Source of the DNA: Podarcis melisellensis
Taxonomy: Eukaryota
Assembly: GCA_964234715.1 (NCBI GenBank)
Contig: OZ174284.1
Length of the DNA: 64,000 bases
Reading direction: 5' to 3' (one strand)
The notes beneath the pieces were generated by a model. That model was given only the letters and a program-made list of their open reading frames with translations. It was not told the DNA's origin and did no database searches. Below, piece by piece: positions 1 through 11,900 of this stretch; within the stretch, counting starts at the first letter, position 1; each line of letters opens with the position of its first letter. Position numbers and translations under genes: made by a program.

Positions 1-522
1 CTCAGCTGATATCATACAAACAAAGCACCCGCTGCAAAGGAATAATCAGGAGCCTTGGAGTGTGCTCCCAATGTTCCTTTGCAAGTGCTGTTTGTGTTCA
101 ACACTGTTCAGATTGGGTGCTGAATGCAAGCCACACTGCTTTCACCAGGGTCAGAGCCTGACAAATGACATCAGATGACTGACAAGAGAGAAGCCTGGGT
201 TATTGGTAAATTGTAGCAGATGGAGGGTCAGCCACAATTTGAATTGGTCCCGTGGCCAAAAAGTGGTTTCCCATCCCTGACCTAAATATATTTATCTGAC
301 TGTTGTTGGAAACAGAAGGCTGGACTAAGTGTTCCTCTGTGTGCTCCAGCAAGGCAACCTCTATGTTCTTAATGTGTGAGTGTTCAAATATCAGAGTTGG
401 CAGCTGTGGCCTTGACTTCCACACTAAATTCCACACTAACAACAAATGCTTACAATCACTGATGCAGTAGCAAAGATGAGCTAAGTTAAATTAAACTATA
501 CTGTACTGTGCTCTTTCCTCAG

Positions 523-2057
523 GAGTTGTTCTGTGTATGTGGTGCCCTAAAGCGAGCCCGTTTAGTGCACCCCGGAATGGCGGAGGTGGTGTTTGTGAAA
601 AAGGAAGATGCCATTACTGCATATAAGAAATACAACAACAGATGCTTGGATGGTGAGTGTGAGCCTCTTGCAGAACACAGAAACGTTTTACTTCCCTGAA
701 GATCTCAGATGGTACTTCTTCTGTGTGTAAGAAGTCATGAAATTATTAATTAATTGTTAATGACTGCCATGAGGGGCTGAGCAGTTCTTGGACTATTATT
801 GTATCAGGTGTTTAGAAGTCACCAAATTTGCTCATATTGGAGTGAGAGTGATATTGCAGGCACATAGATGATAACTTGCCCCTACACTAACTGGATATAC
901 AGTAATACCAAGTTTGTGAGAATTAATGCTCTTGAGAGACTGCAGAAACTTTGCTGTTTCAGAGTTTGGGTAAGTAGTTAGGGTATTGACATGAGGAGGG
1001 ATATTGGTTCATTTTATCCTTATTTTTATTATGTATTTTGTATTTTTATCTTGTATTTTTATGCTGTGACTGCCCTGAGCTCTGCAGATGCAGGGCAGTA
1101 TACAAATTTAATTAATAATAATAATGTATCTCAAAATAGAGAAGCTTAGGCTCAAACTGTGTATAATGGTGGCAAATCTGTGCATTCATATCCAGGGATC
1201 TTGTTTAATGAGCAGAATACATGCACAGTGAAGAAACCTATACCACTTTCCTAAGGTTTAATACTTGGTTTTCTTTGTTCTTCTCCATCAGGCCAGCCGA
1301 TGAAATGCAACCTTCATATGAATGGGAATATCATCACATCAGACCAACCTATCTTGCTGTATGTGCATATGGGTTTGTGTTCATAAAACTATGGTGTAAC
1401 ATTTTTGCTCCTTCACAAGGTGCTATGTAATTTTTGTACCCAAGCAAAATACCAAACAGGAGTTTGTTGATATTCAGATCAAAGCTTTTTTACTAATTTT
1501 CCTATATATCCAGCACTGCTGTTCAGATTATCATCTGTATGAACGGTTGTCCTTCCTTCTAAATATGGCAGTAGGCTTCTCCCAGCCTGTAATTGCTTGC
1601 TTAATAATCAGAACAACAGTTTTGGTTCAGCAGTGTAAATTGATCCGCATTTCACCATTCGACAACTATTGATGGTGGAGCTCCCTGGGGTTCTCTGTGT
1701 TCTTCTTTTTCCCCTTTCCATAACTTTTTATCCCTTAATCTGAAATCCTGAAGAGTACACTTGGCTTAAGCTAGCTATGCAGGCAATAGATGGTAATTGC
1801 TGAAAAGAGTAAGCTCTGCTGCTTGACTTGACACTTGTTCTGTTGTGAGGCTAAATAGTGTATCTCTTCTTGTTCTCCTTAGTCGATTGAGTGACACCCC
1901 CTCAGTGAAGAAGGAAGGTGAACCACGTCGGACAAGTGTAGGAGCCGCCTCCAATCCACCAGCTGAAGTGGATCCTGATACCATCTTAAAAGCACTCTTC
2001 AAATCCTCAGGGACCTCCGCCTCTGTGCAACCTACAGAGTTCAAAATCAAACTTTGA
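523..2057 (+). CDS. POLDIP3: Polymerase delta-interacting protein 3 (SKAR), last three coding exons; gene continues upstream of the window
   Basis: Exons 523-652, 1292-1358 and 1883-2057 have GT-AG boundaries and matching phases. They give ELFCVCGALKRARLVHPG..YKKYNNRCLDG/QPMKCNLHMNGNIITSDQPILL/RLSD..AEVDPDTILKALFKSSG..QPTEFKIKL*, matching the RRM and C-terminus of human POLDIP3. Candidate AATAAA at 3665 and 3892. Confidence 0.97.
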
Positions 2058-4583
2058 GGAGTGGCAGGCAAGGAGTGGACTGGAAAACTTGTTGAGCGTG
2101 GGAAATAGGGAGACAAGTGTGGGAATGCAACTGATGTTGTGTTTGACCATGCGGAAACCTTTGTTTTTCTACAATTGCTACCTTCCTGTACAGTAGTGTT
2201 CTCCCTAATGTATGTGTTCTGTTTTCATAGTTGGAGTTTTTGTCCACATATTTCTAATGGAATAATCTTCCCTTCCTCCAGTGATATATCACCAAGCTTA
2301 GAACATTTAACTCTTTTTCCTTTGTTTCAACCACCCTACCTGTATCCAGCCAGTGAAAAGTGCAGCTAGCAAAGGATGTGAGTAGCATCTGTTTGGCACT
2401 TGCACCCTTTGAGTGAGAGATGAGAGTCCTTTTTGATTTTTACTGATGATGGACTGCATTTCCTTTTCAATTCAGCTCTGTCTGTGGCAGAGGCCAGGAT
2501 TTGGTAGCGGTTTTAGCTGTTCTGAAATTGTAAAATTAGTGAAGGAGAAGCAGCAGCAAATGTTCTCTTCGTTCAGCAGCTAATGGAAGGGACTGTGAAG
2601 GCAATGCAAATAAGTCTAGGCACAGGAACATAGCACATCTTACACTTCATTGTCTTCTTTTGTCGTTGTAATAATCTGCTAGTGCACTGAGAGAAAGAAG
2701 CATGTGCCCTGGTGTTGGTGTACTCTTCAGTCCAGGAAGTCTCACAGATGCTCTCTTTGTGAGAATGCATGGGCTTTCTTTCACTTTGTACCATTTACAA
2801 TGTGTTTTTACTATGAAATTATGTATTGGGCAAGAAGAAAGTGTTTCTGGCTTCAGCAATCACTTCTCATGCCTGATGCCTTAGAAGCACTGCAGTAAAT
2901 AGAGGTCCTCATTCATTCAGTCCTGACAGATTCTGATGCACCACTATGTTTTGTAGCACCTACACCTTTCTTGGAGGTTAATGACACCCAAATAAACTCC
3001 AGTGATAAACCCCTAGGAACTATTTCTACAGGGCATCTGTTTTTACCCTACACTACCTTATCCCCAAGTGTAAGAGTCGGGGGAAAATCCAGCCTCCTGC
3101 TCTCATGGAATTGTCAATTGTAAGAGTTGCATCTTTCAGTACTCTGGGCATGACTGCTGCTACTGTACAGCACTGTTGCTTATTTTTCTGTACTGGGAAT
3201 TGGTGGGTGTCTCTTGTGGTTCATATAGAGGAGAATCTACTTATTGGTTTGGCATGGAACAGGGATAGCAGGAAAATGAGTTGCCTATAGCAAACGAGGA
3301 TGATTTGTTTTTTGGCCATGCTGAATTTCCTCTGACATGCCAGTCTTTGCTAAGACAAAAACATACTTCCTTTTTCTAGCAACCCATTTAGTCCAGTGAA
3401 AATGGAAAACTGACAAGGGTTAAGAATAACTGCATTGGTTTTATACTAAATAAACATGCAGATACTTGTATGGGGGCTTGCATTTTTATACTTCCAGCTA
3501 CAAGACGAGAGCATTGCTGTTTATCTGTGCTAAAACCCTGCAGTGTAATATATCTGCTTTCTTCCATTGTAGAACCTGGTGCTCAGTGGATTCTACATTC
3601 CTTTTGCTCTTTGTTCTGTACAGTTTCTTAGTTTCATTTAGCAGGTACACACGTTATGTCACACAATAAACCTTCACAACATGGAAGGCATTTGCTTCCC
3701 AATGGGTTTTTTAAAATCTGAATTACTAATTTAGGACCGGTCATAATTTCACCCTTACTGGGGAGATGTGCTTATGAACGACAAATGATATTTTGTGCAG
3801 AACTGCTGTTCCCTGTACCTGTGTTTCATTAGCAGTTGGTTACAGGGGAAGGGAAGGTTGGGGCTGGAGGACATTATGTATTATGTTTCTGAATAAACGT
3901 TTGTTATACAGAACCTGAATTTTGCCCTGCCTTCTTGGATTGCAAGGAAATCAACTGATTAGTCAATAGAGTCCTGTTGGATTTTCGCTTTTGGGGGTGC
4001 CTGTCAGCAGAATCAAATAATAAAGCTTTCTGTGGGTTGTGTCTTTTAAGGCTGCTGCTGCTGGGGGCTGCCATGTTTGAATTCTCTCCCATGGAGATGG
4101 AAGAAGACCCAGTTCCCTGACATGCTGTTCTTTATGTGCAGGAAGATTTTTTTTTGTAGGGAATGTTTGAGAGGTCATGAGAGAATATTGCATAGTCTTA
4201 TCAGTGAAGAAGAAAACAGGATTATGTGGCATAAAAAAATATGCTATTTTATCTTCTATTGAGCTGTTTTGTTTGACTGTAGACTTCTGGAGTATTTTGA
4301 CAGGTTTGCCACATACTCATCTCTGTTAATAGGAGAAATGAAATAGAAAAGCATTTTAAAAACAGACATGTTACAAGGCTGTTTTGATCCAATAAAAATA
4401 CTTGTAAAGGTTTAAACATGTAATGGTTCTGGAGCATAGCAAAGGGGTAAACTGAATGACAATATGATTTTCCATCTATATTTTTAGCTGGTAAGACTTC
4501 TCATTACTCATTAAGATAGCTGTAGATATTTCAGCACCACCACTTCATATCTTTTGAGTTCACCTGTACTACTTGGGAGAGTA

Positions 4584-4859
4584 CAGTGGTACCTCACAAG
4601 ACAAATGCCTCACAAGACGAAAAACGCGCAAGACGAAAGAGTTTTCCGTTTTTTGAGTCGTTCCGCAAGACGAATTTCCCTATGGGCTTGCTTCGCAAGA
4701 AACGTCTTGCGAGTTCTTGCGAGTTTGTTTCCTTTTTCTTAAAGCCGCTAAACCGTTAATAGCCGCTAAGCCGCTAATGGGCTTGCTTGGCAAGACGAAA
4801 AAACCGCAAGACAAAGAGACTCGCGGAACGGATTAATTTCGTCTTGCGAGGCACCACTG
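4584..4859. mobile_element. Tc1/mariner (Tigger-like) MITE
   Basis: Termini CAGTGGTACCTC...GAGGCACCACTG, TA on both flanks, internal CAAGACG repeats. A related copy lies in opposite orientation at 52668-53071. Confidence 0.85.
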
Positions 4860-5149
4860 TATGTGAGGAAGCCAAGGTTTACTTCAGAGGTTCCCAAACA
4901 GGTCTGTAGACCAGCAATGGCCTTTGATCTTTCTTCAGGTGGCCATTGGCATGTCCACATTAAGTATTGAGTTTTAATTGTATGCTTTTGCTTATTTTGC
5001 ACTCCAGTTTGGATGCAAAGTGCGATGTAATAAAATACAAAAGCAAAAAAGAAAGAAAAACAATTTAAAAGTATATAGCATCTAGCAAAACACACTTAAC
5101 CCCAGGAATAAAAAAATAATTAAATTGCCAAGACCCTCAGCGATTTTAA

Positions 5150-5900
5150 TGGCGGGGAGGGGAGAGCCACTGGCTTAATTTGAATCTGAGCTGGGCCTTG
5201 GCGCCTGTTCCCTGGGCGCAGCTGCGACCACCGAGCAAAACGAGAAGATGCGCGGGAATCTAACTGGGCTCCATTATACCGCTGGAGCGCCTGCGCACGC
5301 GCATTTAGGAGTAAACCCCGCTGAACACAGCATACTTTGGATTAGGATTGCGCTGGAGCTGGAAGGGCCGCGCTAAAGCGAAGGACGACTGCTGGAGAGG
5401 TGAGGGGGCGGCTATTTTTCATAGCACCCAGACCCGCCCCCCGGGAATTAGGACTCTCCTTCACACCGCCCATCCTGGGCACCCTGAAGAACTACTACTC
5501 CCATAAACCTTTGCGGCAGTCCGTCTTGGGCTGCCGGATGACGTCACTTCCTCCGGTCCGCTAAGATGGCGCCGTCCGAAAGGGCGCGTGGGGAAGGCGT
5601 CGAGCCGGCTGCGCCCCTCGGCTATGCGGGTGAGCAGACGGAGGGGAGTGGGGTCGCCGGCATAGTGGTTCTTCCGGGGCCACGAGGGGGGTGGGCTCGC
5701 CACCTTTCAAGGTGCCTCCCAGGCTCTTCTCTGGACCTGCAGGGCAACTTGCCCGGGCTCGCTCGCGGTGCTGCCGGGCTCCCCGGGCTGCAGCCGCCCT
5801 GCCTTCCGCAAGGAAAACCGCACTCGCCATAGCTGAGGCGTTTCTGCAAGATTCTTGCCACTAAGGCACGAATCTCGGTGAGGCGGCGAGGCAGAATTAT
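5150..5900 (+). promoter_or_regulatory. RRP7A CpG-island promoter
   Basis: CpG-rich. Palindromic CRE TGACGTCA (5539-5546) overlaps an ETS core CACTTCC. YY1-like AAGATGGCG spans the ATG. NRF1-like GCGCCTGCGCA near 5287 and a GC box near 5434. Confidence 0.8.
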
Positions 5901-8900
5901 ATATTCGAAGAGCATTATTGGTGTGTGTTTGTTCTATGGGGAGCTCCGTATAGCTCGTAAAGGTGTGTTTTTTATAGTTTTTGAAGGTTTCAAAGCACAA
6001 CCATACTGCATGCAAGTTGATCGGCCAGGACATTTCTGCACATGTAGCTGACCTTTGGATTTGATGGGGGCGGGTAGGGTCAGGATCTGAAGAAGTAATC
6101 TTAAATAATGGCCTTTTGCTGCAAAATGAGTGGTGCTTTATATGTGGGATTTTGGGTTGGGTTGGGCAACCAAACTATCCTCTGCCCCATCTCTGGTCTC
6201 CCAGGCCTTAGCCCAACACTCACCATGGGGTGGGGTGCATGTTTTTTACTACGAAAGATGTATTTGGGTGAGGGGAGCTGAATCCTCTTTCTGGACTGTG
6301 CTCCATTGCTTTAGGCACTTTTGTGCCAGCCCAGCTCCAATGTCTGGAGTGAACAAATTTGAAGAGAAAAATGACTGAAGTGTTGCAGCACAGGGACATA
6401 AGGTGAAGGAAGAGAGCTTGGCTCCAGTCACCCACACCCACTGTAACTTTGCCCCATTCACTTGTAGACATACCAATAAACAGATATTTCTAAAAGATAT
6501 TGGCTGGGTAACATGATTAGTGTCTTCAGGCTGTTGTCTTTGATGTATCAAAGTGTGCTCCAGGTTATAGTTATTAGCTCCACAATTTTTCTTTTAGCTA
6601 TTCCAGTTAAGTTCTCTGAGGAGCATCATTTCCCTCATTACCTCTATGTAAAGGAGCACAAAGTCAGGGAGGACACAGATGTGAAGAGGCCTCAAAACCG
6701 CACACTTTTTGTCTTGAATGTTCCCCCATATTGTACAAAGGTGAGTTTATTGGGAAGGAGGGAAGGGGATTATATGAGAGCCCCGGCAACCTGTAAACCA
6801 AGCCAAGAAGAGAACAAATATTGATACAATGGTACCTCTACTTACGGACACAATCTGTTCCGGGGTGCCATTTGCACCCCAAAAAGTCCATAAGTAGAGC
6901 GCCACTTCTGCGTGCGCACATGACATGATAGAGCGCTCCTGCGCATGTGTGAAGTGCACAGATCGCTGCTGCATGAACCAGAGAACGTAACACTTCTGGG
7001 TTTGCCGCGTTTGTAACCAGAAAAAACGCAATGTGAAGCGAACGCTACTCGAGGTATGACTGTATTTAATATGGAGAGCTGCAGAAAAAATGTAGAAGAG
7101 AAAGAGTGGTGAATCTGTGTGTTCTTCTTGCTTTTAGAACATGTTTGCTATTTTTAAAAAGTGTATCTCAAAAATAGTAGACATACACAGCTCCTAAATT
7201 ATGGGAAGACACTAATCACTGGCTGCTGGATTGCATTTGAGTTTCCTGGTCATCCAATCAGTGAACTTCAGTATCAATTCAAAAAATTACAAGGGACAGC
7301 TGCAATATCCTAGTTGTCAGGTGTTCTTAAAATATAGGCTATATTAGTATCTGCATAGGAGATTGTAGCTACTGGCCTGCAGCTGATTGTTAGATGTAAA
7401 TGACTAGGTAGGGTATGATTGAAGAAGCTGCCTCATACCTAGTCACACCATTTGTTCTATCTAGCTCAGAAATTGTCTGCTATGTAGCTCTCAAGAGTTT
7501 CAGATGGGACATTCCCAGCCATATCTGGAGATGGCAATGGCTAGAGATCAATGAGATGAAAAAGAGGGAGAAGATAAAGCTTATTGAAAAGAATTAGAAT
7601 TGCTTTGAAGAAGACAGTTAGGTTAGGATATCAGAACTCCTATTAACTATTCTGTACTTATGCTGGATATTATGTTCTATATAATAAATATACCTTGAGA
7701 TATACTAACTATAAGCCACCCAAACACAGATAGTTAAATCTTTGTTAGTATATCTCACCCAATATATATTGTGTGGATATGCTCAATTAAGCATGCAGAG
7801 GTGGCTTGGGGAACCTTTGGCTCTCCTGATATTGTTGGGCTACAACTCCCATCAGTCCCCACCAGCATGGGATGAGGTGAGTTGGAGTCCCAACATCTGG
7901 AGCATCAAAGGTTCCCCAGCCTTGATGTAGAGCAGGGTTTCCCAAACTTGGGAACCCTTAAGGGAAGTCTGTACACTGCAGACTAACAGTGAGTGAATTA
8001 CCAAGTGACCTCCAGGGACCAGTGCCTTGTAGAGGAACCCTGGAATGTAAATTAATGTTTAATTAATATGTGAATGTGAATCAACAAGATTGGTAACTCT
8101 TCCTGGTTTCCTGTTCCTCAATTATTATTATTACTTTTGCCCTGAGGAAATGCCTAGGGTAAATGGTAGCAAACCCAAATCCTGAAAGGAAAGGGGCAGA
8201 GCAGGACGTGCTGTCGAGGGCATTAAAAGGTGGGGGCGGTTTTCAGCCATAAAATGCCAAAGGATCAAGTACAGATATTAGAAAGGTAGTTGTCAGGGGT
8301 TCAGGAGTGGAGGCACAGGGGAAGGAGGAAGCAGAGAGCGAAGGGGAACAATCCGAGGGCAGTGTAGGTGAGGAAGACAGTGGGGCAAGAGATTCCATGA
8401 GTCTGTCCAGTGAGTCGGAAGATTCACAGAAGGGGGCACCCATAGCCAGAGCAAGGGGGTTCCCGGGAGGGAGGCACCAGAAGCAAGGAACCAGCGGTGA
8501 CTCCCAGAGCAGCAGCTGGAGATCGGGACCAAGTTCCCCACCAGAGCGTAGCGGGGGGGAAGAGTCCCAGGTGTCAGGACAGGTTTCCACTCCAGGGGAA
8601 AGAGAAGATGAGGCAGGGCTGACCACGCCCCTGTTGCTGAGTGAGGGAATAGAGGGGAAGTCAGATCCAGTTAGCCCCCACGAAGGAGGGAGCAGTGAAA
8701 GGAGCAGTGTAACGGTCAGGAGGAAGGTTACAGGCTGGGCGCGCGCGCCAAGTTCAAATGCAGAGGCGGCGGGACAGCCGGGAGCGCAGACTGGGAGCCA
8801 GGTCCTAAAGCACGCCGGAGGCAGGGGGAAGAATCCGGGGACTCAGCGTCAGAAGAGTCCAGAAAGGGCAACACCCCAGCGGGCAGAAGGACCCAGAGGA

Positions 8901-11900
8901 GAAAGGAGCAAAGGAGGAGGTGGAGCAAGGCTAGGGTCTTGAACTGGTGTCTGGGGGGAGGAGATTCAGACGGAGCTTCAGCGGTCTAGGGTTGAGACGT
9001 AGAGTTGCGCGCCGTGGCTTTGGAATCGAAACTGAACCTTAATAAAGACTTTTGTATATAACAAGAACTGGCGTTGGTCCTCTGTGAGCTGGGACCTTGG
9101 GCAGCTCTGACAGTAGTTAATATCAAGTACAGATATTAGAGAGGTAACTAATAATAATACAAGTATTAGAGAGGTGAGATGATGAGGGGAAATAATGGGG
9201 GATGATTTCAGGTTTCAGGAAATGTCCCTCTTATAGCCATGAATTGTCCCAAATTTCCTTTTGTTGCTTGAAGGAATGTTTGTCCAGGCTGTTCTCGGGC
9301 TGCGGTTCTGTACGCTCCGTGGAGATGTGTGACAAGCCAAGTCTGGGAGAAAAGAAAGAAATGCCCAAGACGAAGTTTTTCAACACAGAAGCACTTCAGG
9401 TAAATCTTGAACCCTTGAGCCAGGGTGGAATTTGGAGAGGTGGGTGGGAATGTAGCATTTTGGGGGTGGGGGAGGGAAGCACTCTTAAGAAAAGGACCAG
9501 AGCTAATGCTTGACTCCATGTTACAGCAGCTTGGCTTCATTCCCTGCAAGTTCAGCCAGCCTTGCAATTTGACGTCTGCCTGTGTGTCAGGCAAAAAGGC
9601 TGCTACTTTAACAGTACTGAATTGCACTGTGGAGCTTGACCATACCCTCTCCCCTTTCCCAAGCAATATAGTGGGGAAAAGGCTTTCATCAAGGGGTGGA
9701 GGAAGGAAAGCAGGCCGTGCACACGGCATATTTCGTGGGTGAGTGTTAGGCTCTGGAGGCTGTGCACATTCCTCTTCACCTCTTCCATGTTTAAAAACCT
9801 AGCAGCACACATGCAGCTGGACACAGAGCTGAACCTCAGAGGCAGCATGTATGGCTGGCTCTCTTTTTTCATGTAAAAAGAGATGAGGGAAGGGAGGGGA
9901 AACATGACGAAGCCAGGGGAGAGAGCAACGGGGATGTGTTTTCCCCCTTGAGTGGGTGTTTCAGTGACTGGCTAAACCTCTCATTCTTTGGAGTGTATGT
10001 GAGTGAAAATAGGCACAGTCCATAATCATGAGCTTCTTGCTTTATAGGGGTTCAAGGTTGCTTATGTTGTGTTCAAGAGTCCTGCTGGGGTGCAGGCTGC
10101 CAAGTCCTTATCAGCAAAAGACCCCCTGGTGATATCTTCCCAAAGGCACCCTGTGCAAACAGGCATTCACAGTAAGTTAACCACAGATGTCTAGAAATTC
10201 CCTCATTCTCCCTGGGCTGGCCTTCAGGTGTGTAAGGATTTAGTTTGTGGCTGGTGGAGAAATCTGAGTGTTGTACAGACTGGGCAGACCAGGCTTCAAC
10301 TCCCCATATGGCCATGGTGCTCACTTGGCAAATTTCTCTCTCAGCCTAACAATCCTCATAAGAGCTGCTGTGCTATAACATTTGGGATGAGAGTAAGGTG
10401 GGGAACAGCTGCCCTGAGCTCCTTTGTGAAAGAATGGAACAGAAATAGAATACTGGTACACCAGCCAGTGTACACCACTCAGAGGGGACTGTGAATAAGG
10501 AGTATACAAATTCTTTAACAAAATTAGGTGTTCACCTCTTAACGAGATGACATTTACCCATCCTTTATTACTTTTGCATTCCCCAGGCACCTCTTTCACC
10601 TTGACTAGGCAGGGCACCTTGTCTCACTCAAATGCAAGGCTGCTACCAGAGGACTCCCCACGCCTTCCATGTCCATCTACAACCATTGTCAGTCCTGGTA
10701 GAACATAGGCTTTCCCCAGCCTCTGTGCTGTATAGTCAGACTGCCTTTGATTTGTTAAACAAGCAAGGAAGAGAATGCAGAGCCACTCCCTGATCCATCT
10801 CCTGTCCTGTGACATTGCCTTATAGTAGGGGTGTCTAACCTTTTTTGGCCACCTTCAGGGTTCACCACCTCCCTGAGGGCTACATACTGGCTGTGAGTTT
10901 CAACAATGTATGTGCATGTGTGTTTGCACCCTTCGTACAACACTTATGCAGGCCACACACACTCACCCTATTAGACATGCAGTCACTCAACACTTAACAC
11001 AGAGAGAGAGAAGAAAGAAAGTGTTTCCAGCCCTCTCCAATCCATTGCTGGCAGAGGGTTTTCTCCATGATCTCAGCACAGTGATGCTTGGCTCTAAGCT
11101 CACAGATAAACGATCCGTCTGCCTGTTCTTTAGAGAGGATTGTCTCTCTCCATCTCAGATTGCTCCCTAAGGATCAGGCAGAGGGCTTTATCTGTCAACC
11201 AGATCAGTAGACAAAGGGCAGGAGCTGGTGGATCACTTCCTGCAGCTTGCCAGGCTAGATCTGGGCTGCAGGTTAGCCCCGTTTTATAGCAGTCAAGGAC
11301 AGCACTTCCTGTGAAGCCCACATTAAGGTAGCAGTAGCATGTCCCAACTTAAATGTACTGTGGCATGGAAGGAATCTCCTTTTCCAGAGTACAGGGGCAA
11401 CCTCAGAGTATAGGGGAAACTGGGGCTTGTTATAACAATAGGATTGATTTCAATAGGCCTTTGGCCAATTAATATCCTACAGCCTTTTAAATGTATCTGT
11501 GGGAAGGGGGGTATTGTTTTGTTGTTTTGGTTTAACTACTTGTGTTTTATCTTTTATTTTACTCTATGAACTGCCCAGGGATCTCTTGAAGGGTGGGATA
11601 TAAATTAAGTAAATAAATAGCCAAGCAGCAAGTGGTTTGTGCAGTGGTATTTGGTATTTCTTAACCGTAGGTGCCTCTAGTAGGAACTGTCGGTCACCTG
11701 CCAGCAAACCACTGCTCATTGACCTGAGAGAACAGGGTTTGCCATCACAGATAGGCATTCAAGTCCAGCATGCTGTCATTCTTAGAAGTAGCAGTAATTG
11801 AAATTTGATCTTGTTTTCCCCCACTGTTGAGTCCCTGGTTTCAATTGTATTAAGGGGGCCTCTAAAGTTTCCAAAATTGTGTTTTGTTCTTCTGTTGTCT

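Noticed and set aside
4584-4859. Repeated CAAGACG units as a CRISPR-like array
   Set aside because: This is eukaryotic DNA. The units are sub-terminal repeats of a TA-flanked MITE with no regular repeat-spacer structure.
8307-8942. 211-aa ORF as a host gene
   Set aside because: It lies wholly inside the solo LTR, starts at GTG, is low complexity and has no recognisable domain.
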